IMG/VR virus record: IMGVR_UViG_3300044970_000539
Location: 1 to 64,000 of that record
Source: a virus
DNA length: 64,000 nt
Direction: 5' to 3' (one strand)
The first letter of the stretch is position 1. Each line of letters opens with the position of its first letter. Under the pieces are notes generated by a model, which was not told where the DNA came from, made no database searches, and saw only the letters and a list, made by a program, of their open reading frames with translations. Shown here piece after piece: positions 1 through 11,200 of the stretch. The translations under genes were made by a program, and so were the position numbers.

Positions 1-1
1 A

Positions 2-187
2 GATGGTTTCGTCGACTTGACATTCCCATCAAACCGTGTATGGGGATTCCAGCGTGATATTACTGTAAACCGTGAATACAAGCCAAAGAAGGATACAATT
101 GAATACACAGTATTCGTCCGCTTTGGTGTTCAATGGGAAGAACTAGATGCAGTTGCCTACGGCGATGCAGATAACGTTTCTGAGTAA
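2..187 (+). CDS. Major capsid protein, C-terminal end (partial, starts before the window)
   Basis: Frame 2 is open from the window start: DGFVDLTFPSNRVWGFQRDITVNREYKPKKDTIEYTVFVRFGVQWEELDAVAY...*. This resembles an HK97-fold capsid C-terminus and is followed by a hairpin and head-tail genes. Confidence 0.8.
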   Translation, partial: DGFVDLTFPSNRVWGFQRDITVNREYKPKKDTIEYTVFVRFGVQWEELDAVAYGDADNVSE

Positions 188-206
188 TACTCATAAATAA
201 TTGAAT

Positions 207-240
207 GAGGAGGGCGGTGTAACAACTGCCCTCCTTCTTC
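207..240 (+). terminator. Hairpin after the capsid gene, probable intrinsic terminator
   Basis: GAGGAGGGCGGT-gtaaca-ACTGCCCTCCTT inverted repeat followed by a pyrimidine tract. Confidence 0.65.
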
Positions 241-274
241 ACATTCTGGTATAATAACATAGGAGGATATAATT

Positions 275-607
275 ATGACAATTGAAGAATTAGTTGGAAA
301 GACAGTTTTTGAGTTAAAGTCCTATGCCAAAAAGAATAATATTAATTTAGACGGAGCCACAACAAAATTACAGATCTTAGAAACAATAGGAAGTTTTATT
401 CCAGACCCAAATAAAGAAATTATTGAACCAAGCAAAACAAGTGAAAAAGTTGCAATATACTCAAGTAAAAATTTACATTGGTTAAAAGTTGGCCAACTAA
501 AACCAGGCTATAATATTGTAACTAAAGAAGCATCAGAAAAATGGCTAACACGTAAGCAGGTACGCCTTGCGACACCTGAAGAATTAGCGAGTTATTACGG
601 TAAATAA
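275..607 (+). CDS. Rho-N/HeH-like domain protein
   Basis: N-terminal LVGKTVFELKSYAKKNNINL...KLQILETI fits the Rho-N helix-extension-helix pattern; AGGAGG RBS. Confidence 0.6.
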   Translation: MTIEELVGKTVFELKSYAKKNNINLDGATTKLQILETIGSFIPDPNKEIIEPSKTSEKVAIYSSKNLHWLKVGQLKPGYNIVTKEASEKWLTRKQVRLATPEELASYYGK

Positions 608-1584
608 TGGAAATACTACGTAAGCCACCATACCCATTGTCTGTATCTTATACAGTACCAGAACCAGATACAGAATATATCCTTGTAATTGATGACCTTT
701 TAGAGCAGGTAGAATCAGAGATAGTTCTTGAGTCAGATGAAAACTCTAGAATTACCTATGAACTTACTGGAAACTATGTTCGGTATGACAAGTCATATCC
801 AGTTACTGTTTATGAAAGTGTCACGGTATCGGGAGTTGAAAATACTCGTGGAGACATAGTAGTAGAAGATAATCTAGATATAACAAGACCGTATGTGGAT
901 CCAGCAAGTTTAGGGACAACCCCTACTGAGATAGCGGAATATACAGAGCATGAAAAACTTGCAAGAGCAATTATTGATGCATTTACTGGTGGATTTTATT
1001 ATAATAGAACTTACTTAGAGGTTGTTGGTCAGGGAACTGACTATGTACCGCTTTGGGATAAAACACATAAGATTTTAACTGTACACGAAAATGCAGAATT
1101 AGTTTATGACTCATCGGAAACTCCAAACATCCTTGGAGTATTTAACTATTTAATAACTAAAGATAAGAGCGCAATAACAAAAGATCCTGTTGAACTAACA
1201 GATGCATTAAACCGTGCAGAAAGAAAACCAGCAAGAATTCCTTTAGCATACTCTGACTCAATCTCTATGTTTGATACAGAGGATAGTGGAAACGTTCAAA
1301 CTGTTAGTTCTGGTGTTGGATTTGCAGAAGGAACTGATTATATCTTCTTGCTAGAAACTGGATACAAGGTTGTTCCTTATGATATTCAGGACGCAGCAAA
1401 AATGTTAATTAATGATATTAAGTGTGGAAAACTAGATTATTACAAGAGATACGTCAAGATGTATAGCACTGAACAGTTTAAAATTGAATATGATAAGAGA
1501 CTTATTGACGGAACTGGAAATATCTTAGTAGATAAGATTTTAGATAAATACGTAGACAATCTCCCTAAGCCTTGGGTGTTGTAA
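607..1584 (+). CDS. Putative head-to-tail adaptor
   Basis: Position after the capsid; AIIDAFTG...GY..VP.DI..AA motif typical of gp15/gp6-like adaptors. Confidence 0.6.
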   Translation: MEILRKPPYPLSVSYTVPEPDTEYILVIDDLLEQVESEIVLESDENSRITYELTGNYVRYDKSYPVTVYESVTVSGVENTRGDIVVEDNLDITRPYVDPASLGTTPTEIAEYTEHEKLARAIIDAFTGGFYYNRTYLEVVGQGTDYVPLWDKTHKILTVHENAELVYDSSETPNILGVFNYLITKDKSAITKDPVELTDALNRAERKPARIPLAYSDSISMFDTEDSGNVQTVSSGVGFAEGTDYIFLLETGYKVVPYDIQDAAKMLINDIKCGKLDYYKRYVKMYSTEQFKIEYDKRLIDGTGNILVDKILDKYVDNLPKPWVL

Positions 1585-2030
1585 TGGATCTATGTGAAGA
1601 GACAGACTTCATGTATCCAATGAAGGCAGATGTTTACTATCCAATAGTTGAACAGGGTGCTTATGGAAATGTTAAAAAGACTTGGATCTTCAATAAGACA
1701 GTAGTTTGTAATTTTTCAAAAGATGGCACGGTAGATGAAGAAGTAAAAACAAATGTAAACATAACATTAAAGAAAGTCTTAGTAGGAAGAACAAAGAAGG
1801 ACATTCGTTTTTCTGAAGAAAATGTAGGAGATGCAATAACAAATGTTATTGTTACAAACATTAGAACAAAAAATGATGTCCCCTTATACGTAGAAACCTC
1901 TGGAACAAGGGCTGGAAAGTCAACAATATATGAGATTGAGTCTCAGTCACCAATCATAGGACCATTTGGAGATCCAGAGTATTTTGCATTAGTGGTACGC
2001 CGTTCAGAGAATCAGGCATCAGATATCTAA
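1584..2030 (+). CDS. Putative head closure/stopper protein
   Basis: ATG overlaps the upstream TAA; size, beta-rich sequence and synteny. Confidence 0.5.
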   Translation: MDLCEETDFMYPMKADVYYPIVEQGAYGNVKKTWIFNKTVVCNFSKDGTVDEEVKTNVNITLKKVLVGRTKKDIRFSEENVGDAITNVIVTNIRTKNDVPLYVETSGTRAGKSTIYEIESQSPIIGPFGDPEYFALVVRRSENQASDI

Positions 2031-2707
2031 TGAGACTAGCAATTAATAGCAAGCAGTTTAGAAAAGATATGGACAATATCATTGAATACTCTTTTGGCTA
2101 CCTAGATGGAGTTCAAATTGGAAAAGTTGAGTTCTTTCATAATCTTGGTTTAAACATTTCAGAAATGTTGCAAAAATATATTGACTCAAATGCAAGGGTA
2201 AATCCACAAGCACTAAACCATATATATGAATGGTATCAAGTGGGAAGTCCAAACGCAAGACTATATGACATAAAACACACAGTAAGCAATAATGGACTAA
2301 CATTTATAACAAACTTTAAACAATCATCATCACTCAAAGATGGATCAAATGTACCTTTCTATGAAAAGGCAAGAATAATGGAAGAGGGAATACCAGTAAC
2401 GATTACACCAAGAAATTCTGATGTGCTTGTATTTGAAGAAGGCGGAGAAACAGTATTTACTAGAAATAGTGTGAATGTAGATAATCCTGGCGGAGACGCA
2501 ACAACAGGAGCATTTGAAAAAGTAATTGATTCCTTCTTTACAAAGTATTTTACACAAGCATTTTTAAGATCAAGCGGTATATCACAATACTTAGAAAACC
2601 CTATATTATATAAAAAGAACCTTACATCAGGAAAGAAATCTGGAAGATCAAAGGGAAGAGATGTAGGATATAGATGGATAGCAAATGCGGGGTTACTAAA
2701 TGGCTAA
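2030..2707 (+). CDS. Putative neck/tail completion protein
   Basis: Translationally coupled 225-aa ORF in the head-tail block. Confidence 0.45.
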   Translation: MRLAINSKQFRKDMDNIIEYSFGYLDGVQIGKVEFFHNLGLNISEMLQKYIDSNARVNPQALNHIYEWYQVGSPNARLYDIKHTVSNNGLTFITNFKQSSSLKDGSNVPFYEKARIMEEGIPVTITPRNSDVLVFEEGGETVFTRNSVNVDNPGGDATTGAFEKVIDSFFTKYFTQAFLRSSGISQYLENPILYKKNLTSGKKSGRSKGRDVGYRWIANAGLLNG

Positions 2708-3341
2708 TACAGATTTATTAAATACTCCATTGTTATGGATTAATAAGTACTTACAATCAAAACTAAGTGAGAGCCTAGGATATGTAACCCCGTTTTTTCC
2801 ACCTTCACCATTTAATCTTGACGACCTTACAGAAAAGTGGATGATACTAAATAATGTCAATACACCAGTAAGCAACGGTGTTGCCTGTACATGGGATAGA
2901 CTTATCAAGATGCAGAAGAACAAGTTTCCACACATAAAAAATGAACAGATATTATATTATTTTTATGGACTTGGAGAAGACTCAATCCCAACCATGATTC
3001 AAACACAGGAGGCTGTCTTGAGGCTTCTTGACCGTGGAGATGAGTCTGCTGAAGAGTTAAATGCCTGGTGTGCCAACCGAAAAGTACAGTTAGACGATGG
3101 AACTACCGTAGACAACATGTTCCTATTCCATAGTTTTAAGGTATACCAACTAGAAGAAACCAGAGACATTATTGACTTTGGAACAGCCCGCACCTATGGC
3201 GGTAACAAGATAATCATTGACTTTGAGTACCACCAGGCACCAGGACCGATAACCCCAGGTTTGTCAAATCAAGATCAGATGCTATATTCTGACTGGACTC
3301 CAGAGGCAAGACTCTCTGATGCAAACAAAATAGTTATATAA
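2700..3341 (+). CDS. Putative tail terminator
   Basis: Lies immediately upstream of the tail tube gene; synteny only. Confidence 0.45.
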   Translation: MANTDLLNTPLLWINKYLQSKLSESLGYVTPFFPPSPFNLDDLTEKWMILNNVNTPVSNGVACTWDRLIKMQKNKFPHIKNEQILYYFYGLGEDSIPTMIQTQEAVLRLLDRGDESAEELNAWCANRKVQLDDGTTVDNMFLFHSFKVYQLEETRDIIDFGTARTYGGNKIIIDFEYHQAPGPITPGLSNQDQMLYSDWTPEARLSDANKIVI

Positions 3342-3419
3342 AACAATGTTATAATTGAGGCTGAGGAAACAAATCACGCCAAAACAACTTAATATCTATT
3401 TTAAGGAAGAGGTGAATAA

Positions 3420-4058
3420 ATGGCATATAGTCGTGGAAGTTCTACCAACATTATCGTTGGAGCAGCAGCGCTTTTCGTTGCAGACACAACCCTAACTCCA
3501 GGCACACTGGAGCCATTTGTAAACGGCGAATCATACAAGGAAACTTTGTCTGATGAGGCTGCTTATACAAACGTAGGTTATACCATGAACGGTCTTGAAA
3601 TGCAGTTCCAACCAGACTTCGGTGAAGTCCAGGTAGACCAGATTCTTGACGTTGCTAAACTTTACAAGCAGGGAATGCAGGTTAACCTTGCAACTGCTTT
3701 TGCTGAGGCTACACTAGAGAACTTGCTTCTCTCATTGGCAGCAAACGAAGATGATCTATCTGGAAATAAGTCAACATCAGCAGGAAGAACATTGAATCTT
3801 TCTGCAGGTGATATTGGTGAGTGCCCAGTAGAACGTGCTATCGTTGCAGTTGGACCAGGAACAGGTGATTGTGCAGATTCTCCATACATTGAGCGAGTCT
3901 ACACAGCATACCGTGCTTTGTCTATTGAAAACGTAACAGTATCAGCAAAGCGTGATGAGGCTTCAATGTTTGAAGTATCATTCCGTTTGCTACCAGAGGA
4001 CGCTTCTGGCTCATACGGTAAGATCGTTGACCGTACTTGGGACTCAAGTTCAATCTAA
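3420..4058 (+). CDS. Major tail tube protein
   Basis: NIIVGAAALF, VGYTMNGLE, VDQ, AEATLENL and EVSFRLL motifs of siphophage tail tubes; own promoter and terminator. Confidence 0.85.
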   Translation: MAYSRGSSTNIIVGAAALFVADTTLTPGTLEPFVNGESYKETLSDEAAYTNVGYTMNGLEMQFQPDFGEVQVDQILDVAKLYKQGMQVNLATAFAEATLENLLLSLAANEDDLSGNKSTSAGRTLNLSAGDIGECPVERAIVAVGPGTGDCADSPYIERVYTAYRALSIENVTVSAKRDEASMFEVSFRLLPEDASGSYGKIVDRTWDSSSI

Positions 4059-4073
4059 TATAAATTAACAACT

Positions 4074-4105
4074 AGCCCATCTCCTTAATTGGGGGTGGGC
4101 TTTTT
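4074..4105 (+). terminator. Intrinsic terminator after the tail tube gene
   Basis: AGCCCATCTCC-ttaatt-GGGGGTGGGCT followed by a T-tract. Confidence 0.8.
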
Positions 4106-4126
4106 GTTTGTGGTAAAATTGATAAG

Positions 4127-4831
4127 ATGGCAACAAGAATATATAAGTCAGACATTATTACATTAATAGATGGCGAACAAATAGAGATTTATCCCTTAAA
4201 AATTAAATATCTTAGGGAGTTTATGGAGGCATTCCATTTAATTAAAGATGCTAAAAATGATCTTGAATCAATATCCTATTTGTCAGAGTGTGCAAGAATT
4301 GCTATGAAACAATATAAGCCAGAAATTTCTAAAACACTTGAAGATCTTGAAGATAATGTTGACCTTCCAACAATTTATAAGATAATTAATATTGGCGGGG
4401 GTATAAGTGTGAACGGTGAGATAGACGAACCAGTAAAAGAACAAGCACTAAAGAGTGAGTCCTCTGGAAGCGGATGGGATGAGTTAGATTTAGCAAAATT
4501 AGAGTCTGAGATATTTTTGCTGGGTATATGGAAAGATTATCAAGAATTAGAACTAAACATGTCAATGCCAGAGTTAGTTACAACAATTGGATCTATTAGA
4601 GATTTAGATTATCAAGAAAAGAAATTCCTTGCAGCAATTCAAGGGGTAGATTTAGATGGTGCAACAAATCAAGATAAAGGTCAAAAGGAGTGGGAAGACA
4701 TGAAGGCTAGGGTATTTAGTAAAGGTCAAACCAGCGATAGCAATGACGTATTGTCTTTACAGGGTGCTACTGCACAAAAGGTAGGGTTTGGAATAGGCAT
4801 GGGTCTTGATTACGAAGACCTAACAAAATAG
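4127..4831 (+). CDS. Tail assembly chaperone, long (GT-like) form
   Basis: Between tail tube and TMP. The N-terminal ~95 aa are paralogous to 4874..5203, and there is a C-terminal extension. Confidence 0.7.
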   Translation: MATRIYKSDIITLIDGEQIEIYPLKIKYLREFMEAFHLIKDAKNDLESISYLSECARIAMKQYKPEISKTLEDLEDNVDLPTIYKIINIGGGISVNGEIDEPVKEQALKSESSGSGWDELDLAKLESEIFLLGIWKDYQELELNMSMPELVTTIGSIRDLDYQEKKFLAAIQGVDLDGATNQDKGQKEWEDMKARVFSKGQTSDSNDVLSLQGATAQKVGFGIGMGLDYEDLTK

Positions 4832-4873
4832 CCCTTTTATGCTATAATTGAGGTAACTTACTGAGAGGAAGTT

Positions 4874-5203
4874 ATGACTACAACAGTTCATGAAGAAAAA
4901 ATAATTACCCTGATTGATGGAACAAAGATCAAGGTAAGACCTCTCAAGATCTCACTTTTACGTAAATTTATGAAGAAGTTTGAGGGCTTGGGGGCAGTCC
5001 AAAATGATAACGATAAGTCTATGACACTTTTAATTGAGTGCGTGGCAATCGCTATGGAGCAGTATAAGCCAGAGTTGGGGGAAAGCATTGAGAAACTTGA
5101 GGATGTAATTGATCTTCCTACGGTTTATTCAATCATTGAGGCAGCATCTGGAATTAATCTTTCAGATACCGCTTTACTTGCTTTAGCACAAGAAGAACTA
5201 TAA
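4874..5203 (+). CDS. Tail assembly chaperone, short (G-like) form
   Basis: Directly before the TMP; shares IITLIDG..PLKI..LR.FM..IAM.QYKPE..LED..DLPT.Y with the upstream gene. Confidence 0.7.
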   Translation: MTTTVHEEKIITLIDGTKIKVRPLKISLLRKFMKKFEGLGAVQNDNDKSMTLLIECVAIAMEQYKPELGESIEKLEDVIDLPTVYSIIEAASGINLSDTALLALAQEEL

Positions 5204-5223
5204 CGGTTTAAGGTTAACGGTTA

Positions 5224-8200
5224 ATGGCTGGAGATACAAATAGCAATATTTTTATAAATATTGATACCTCACAAGCAATGACGCAACTGCGTCTACTTGA
5301 GAAGGAACTCACAGCCCTTAACCGTTCCTTAATTGTTGGAACAAAGGCTGCAGCAGCAGCCCAAGCAAAATACGCACAATCTCTTCTACACAATGTAAAT
5401 GCCACTGGTCAGTGGACAGCATCAATGACAAGAATGAGCACTGCCTCTGAGCAGTTTGCTACAAACCTAGATAGACAAAGATTATCACTTAAAGAATACT
5501 TTAGATATGGTGCAGCATCTACCAAAACTTTTGGAAAGTTTTTTGGTCGTGAATTTGACACCATTGGAAAACTTGTAGACAAGCGTGTAAAGACTTTACA
5601 GCAACAGTATGTTCAATTAGGACGTGATGCTCAAGGCGCAATGAACGCCATGAAGTTTACTCCAAAGTCCCTGAACATGCAAAATTTAACTACCCAGTTA
5701 ATGATGGCAACACAAAAACAACAAATATTAAATAAACTTATTGATGATGGTTCAACAAAACTATTAAACTTTGGTAAGAATACTCAGTGGGCAGGCCGCC
5801 AACTTATGGTTGGTTTTACAATTCCACTTATGCTTTTTGGCGCTCAAGCAATTAAAACATTTAAGGAAATTGAAACACAAACAATTAGATTTAAAAAAGT
5901 TTATGGAGATATCTTTACAGACCAAGGAGCAACAAACGCTGCTTTAAAGAATATTCGTGATCTTGCTGATGAGTATACTAAGTATGGTCTTACAGTTGCT
6001 GACACAATTAAGATGGCTGCAGATGCTGCAGCAGCAGGTTTTTCTGGTAAGGGATTAGAAAACCTTGTAGAGCAAACAAATAAACTTGCAGTACTTGGTG
6101 GAGTTACACAAGAAAAGGCATTAGAAACAACAATTGCATTAAAGAACGCATTCCAGATAGATACTGGAGCAATGGCTGGAACAATTGATTTCCTTAACGC
6201 AGTTGAAAACCAAACTGTTGTAGCACTTGATGATTTAACAGAAGCAATTCCAAAGGTTGCTCCAGTTATTCAGCAACTTGGAGGAGATGTAAAAGATCTT
6301 GCATATTTTATGGCTGCAATGCAAGAAGGTGGAATTTCTGCAGCACAAGGTGCTAACGCCCTTAAGTCTGGCCTTGCATCTTTAATTAATCCAAGTAACG
6401 CTGCATCAAAGGCTGCAGCAGCCGTTGGAATTAATATCAAGGGAATTGTTGAAGCAAATGCTGGTAACTTAAGAAATACTGTAACTGGATTTGCAAAAGC
6501 ATTACAACCATTAACAGATCTAGAAAAAGCAAGAGTAATTGAAAAGGTTTTTGGTAAGTATCAGTTTGCTAGAATCTCTGCACTTTTAAATAACATAGGA
6601 AGAGAAGGAACACAGGCTGCTCGTGTACTTCAATTAACCAATGCATCTGTTGAAGAACTTGCAATCTTAAGTCAACGAGAATTAAAGGTTCAAGCCGATT
6701 CACCAATGAACAAATTAGCATCATCAGTAGAAAAATTTAAAGCATCTATTGCTCCAATTGGAGAATTATTTGCTAAGGTATTTACTCCAGTAATTGAGTT
6801 TATTGCAAGAATGGCAGAAAAATTTAATAACCTTCCAGATGGAATAAAGAAGGCTATTGGAATTATTACTGTTGTAGTTGGAGGCCTAGGACCTATATTC
6901 TTAATGACATTTGGTTTACTTGCAAATGCTGTTGCAAACTCAGTTAAGGGTGTTCAGATTCTTCGTAAAGGATATCAGCAACTTGCAGCGGGATCAACTG
7001 ATGCAGCATTAAAGACACAGTATTTATCACAAGAAGAATTAGAAAACATATCTATTAGCAATGCCCTTTACTCTAAGCATCAACAACTCTCTGCAGCATA
7101 TGCTCTAGAGGCATCTGCTCTAACATCTTTAACAAGTGTATACACCAAGGCCAACGCATCTATGGGAGCCTTTGCAGCAAGTAACCCAGGAATGTTTATG
7201 CCTAGAGGCGGAGTTCTACTTCCTAAGAAATTTGCGGGAGGAACAACATCTGTACCAGGACCAAAGGGAGCAGGAGACGTAGTTCCAGCAATGCTTTCTC
7301 CTGGAGAGTCTGTTATTCCAACAAAGCAAACACAAAAGTATGCAGGGTTTATTAATCAGATTATTCAAGATAAGGTTCCAGGTTTTATAACTGGAACTAC
7401 TGGCGTTGCTGTAACACGGGCTGCTGCAACACGGGCTGCATCAACAAGAGGTGCTGTTAGTTCATCCCTTGCTCCAGTCGTTGATATTTCTTCTGGACTT
7501 AGAGGAATATCATTTGCTACAGAAGGAAATAGAGTTAAAGTTTCTGTTGGAGGTAAATTCTTCTACATTCCTGCAGGTAAAAAAGATTATGTTCAAAGCA
7601 AACTTAAAGAAAATGAAGAATGGCTAAGGTCTAAAGGGCGAACAGATACCACAGAAGAAAATCTTCTTCATGCAATTATAAGAAAAAATCTTGGTGGACA
7701 AAATGTTACTAGTGTAGCCAAGTTAATAGCAGGAAACCTTCCTAAATTTCAAGCAGGAAGAAACCGTCGTGTCCCACAACAAGTTAAGTCTTTAAGAGCA
7801 AAATATCAAAATTCACCAATTTATAAAGAACTTGTTTCCACACATAAACAAGAAATTGAAGAGTTAAAGTTACTTGCAAACACTAAAGATAACCCATATG
7901 GAATAACACAAGCAGACCTTGATGCTGTTAAAAAAGTTCAAGCAGCAAGGGCTGAAAAGTTTGAATATACTCCAGCATTTAGTCATAGATTTACAGATAG
8001 ACAGGTAGATGAGTTACCAGGATTAACTCAATATAAAAGAAATGCCCCAAGCAATGTATTTGAAGAACAAGGATTTTTTAATACATTTTTTCAAAACATT
8101 TCAGGAACATCTCTTGGTGGAATGCACATATCAAAAAGAGCACAAGCAGAGGCTGCTCGTAGATTTATTTTAGATATACCAGCATCTCAAAGAACATCAG

Positions 8201-11200
8201 TTCAAAAAGCAGTTCACGCAACACTAGATAGAAGACTTGCTAGTGGCTACTATGAAAAGTTTGGTTCAAAAACAAATCAACTGTCATTGTTGCAAGATGC
8301 TGGCTTAAGCAATGAAAAAATAAAATCTTTCAAAAGATTTAGACCAAAAGATGAAGAACTTCCAGGATTTGCTGGTGGAGTAGTTTCACTTGGAATGCCA
8401 ATACCATTTAAGGTTATTGCAAAAAATAGAGCAGCGGCTCAACAGATAGATGCTCGTGTAAGATCAAGTAAGTTTAAAGATACTCCACCAACAAACTTTG
8501 GAGTAAGGTTAGAAGAATTTACAGGTCACAGTTTTCCAATCCCAGGCGTTGGAGGGGTTTACAGAAAACCAAATGGACAAGTTGTTGTTGTTAAGCCAGT
8601 TCTTAATGAAAAGGCAGCGTTAGCAGAACAAAGAGGAACAGTAATTACTAGAGGGGCGTTCCCAGAACTAGACGCTCCAGAACAAACAATTAGAACAATG
8701 GTTGATCCAACAGACTTAACTGGTAAGCGTAAATTTATTGTCCTTGAATCTCCATACAATCCAAAATTTGCAACTGGAGGAACTAAGTTCTCTAAGGAAG
8801 AATACTTTTCACAACTTCTTGCTTCAACAGTAAGAGGAGACAAAGACTTATCTCCTTCAAACGTGTTTGGACCAAACGTAGCAGATCAAGGTGCCTCTGG
8901 AGTATTCGGTTCGGCTTCAGGACAAAGAGAATTTAAATTCAACATGCCATCTCTAGAAGAGCAGGCAATGATCAATCTTCTTGGAGTCAAGGGTGGTGCT
9001 AGAAAAGCATTTGCTGAAAATACTGCTGATATAGCAAGATCTATGACACCACAGCAATATCAAGATGCAATGATTGCTGAGATTAATGCGACTATCCCAA
9101 GATTAGAAAAGACTATTGCTTCTCTTGGGTTAACAACAGGAGTTGAAAAAATTGTATATCAAAGAATGGTTGATAGACTTAAGGCTGGGTTAGGTGTTGA
9201 TTGGACTAAGTTACACGCAGTTCACTCTAAGGTAAAGGCTCCTCTTGAATTAGCAGAAGGCATTGTTTCAGTACCTGGTCCAAAGGGTGCTGGAGATATT
9301 CAACCTGCAATGCTTTCTCCAGGAGAGGCAGTAATTCCTGCAAAGCAATCTGAAAAGTATATGCCACTTATTCGTTCAATGATTGCTGATAATGTTCCTG
9401 GGTTTGCAGAGTCAAATGTTAGTTGGGATGGCTACCCAGCATCACTAAAAGAAGGTGGAAAGTATGCAGGACCAGTTACTCCTGTATATCCACCAGGATA
9501 TGATGCTTTCGGCAAAATACAAGAGCCTACTTCATCTGGAGGAAGAGTAAGAAATGCTGCTACTTCATTAATTACAGATAAAGGAATGAGGTCAATCACA
9601 AACTTTGCAACAGAAACAGCAAGGGCTGCAAGACAGTCAAGACTAGCATCCAACGCACTTGAAGGTGTAAAGAACGCTGGATCAAAAGTTAAAGCATCTT
9701 TTGTTTCTACTACAACAGCAGTAGACGCTGCAGCAGATAGTACAGTAAAAAATACTCAAGTTGCATCAACAATGACCAAAGAAGAGTTAAAAAATGCTCG
9801 TCAGTTAAAGCAGATGAACAACATGGGCAAGAACATGGGTATTGGAATGGCTGCCTCTATGCTTCCTATGATGGGTATGGCACAGGCTTCTACAAATCCC
9901 GAAGGGATGATGGCAAGAAACATGAGCACTCTAAGTGGAGTTGCCATGTTAGCAATGATTGCCCCAATGTTAAATACACCACTAAAACTTCTTGCAGGAG
10001 TTGCTTTAGGATACGCTGCTATATTAAAGATGCAGTCTGCACAAATTAAAAAGGCAATAATAGAAGGCAACAAACTTGCTGAGTCATTCTCTATGACAAC
10101 TAAAAAGTTAGAAGAGTTTGGATCAATAACTGGGGAAGTATCAATTACTCAAGAGTATGAGCAGAAAAGGTTGGGAAGAACAACTGTATCTGGTGTTGTA
10201 AACCAAGAGTTTGGAACAAGTTTTCTTTCATCTGAACCTGGTAAAAAGTTTAAAGATGATTTTACAAAACTTTCACAACAATATGAAACTGCTGTTGCGG
10301 GACAAATTGCTACTGCACAACTTGCATCTGCAGTAAATCAAGGAGTATTGTCTTATCTACAGGCAGAATCAATTATTACAAAGATGGCAAGAGATCTAAA
10401 GGATCCAACTTTAGAGTACCAGATGCAAGGTCAGTTAATGAAGATTCTTGGTCCAGATGGACAAGACCTTGCAAGAGATCCACTAAAGGTTCAACTTGAA
10501 TTAGTAAGGGCAAATCAAACAGGATTTAACACTGCAGCACAAAATTTCCAAGATGTAGGGTCTGCTCAGTTAGGATTACCAAGTAGGGGAGAAGTAGGAG
10601 GTCTTGCTGCTGGCGCTACCGCTGGTGGCTTAATCGCAGCAAAAGCATACAGTTCATCTTTGATGGCAGTTGCTGCTCAGGCTCAACTTGCAGGTACTGC
10701 AGTTACTGGAATGTCAGCAACACTGTCTGCAATTCCTGTAGGAAGACTTATAGCAGCAGGTGCTGCAATAGGAACTATTGCAACAAGAATATTTCAAAAA
10801 GGAAAAGAACAAGAAGCAATTGGAGCAGCAGCAGGACTGCTACAGGGAGTTGCAGCACAAAACTTTGCAGCAATTCAGCAATCTGCTGATGCCCTAAACT
10901 ATCAGTATGATGTTCAAATAGCAAACCTTTCTATTGAAAAAGATAGAACAAAAAACCTAGAACAAATTAAAAAACTTAATGAACAAATTGCAGAACTTGA
11001 GACTAAAAGAAGTATAGGGTTAGATAAACTTGCTCAATCTCAATTAGACACTATAAATTCATATATTGAAGTTGTAAGAAATTATAAGAACGATACAGAA
11101 GGGTTTGGTCAAAATCTTACAGAAGCACTTACTGAGCCATCTACTGTTCTTAATGCGCTGCCATTCTTTACTTCTAAAGATCAAAAGATGTATAACAAGG

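Noticed and set aside
5075-5091. TTG GGG GAA slippery-like site in the short tail chaperone, similar to mycobacteriophage frameshift sites
   Set aside because: The -1 frame stops after three codons (TGA 5089-5091), the other frame also closes quickly, and homology with the paralogue continues in frame 0.
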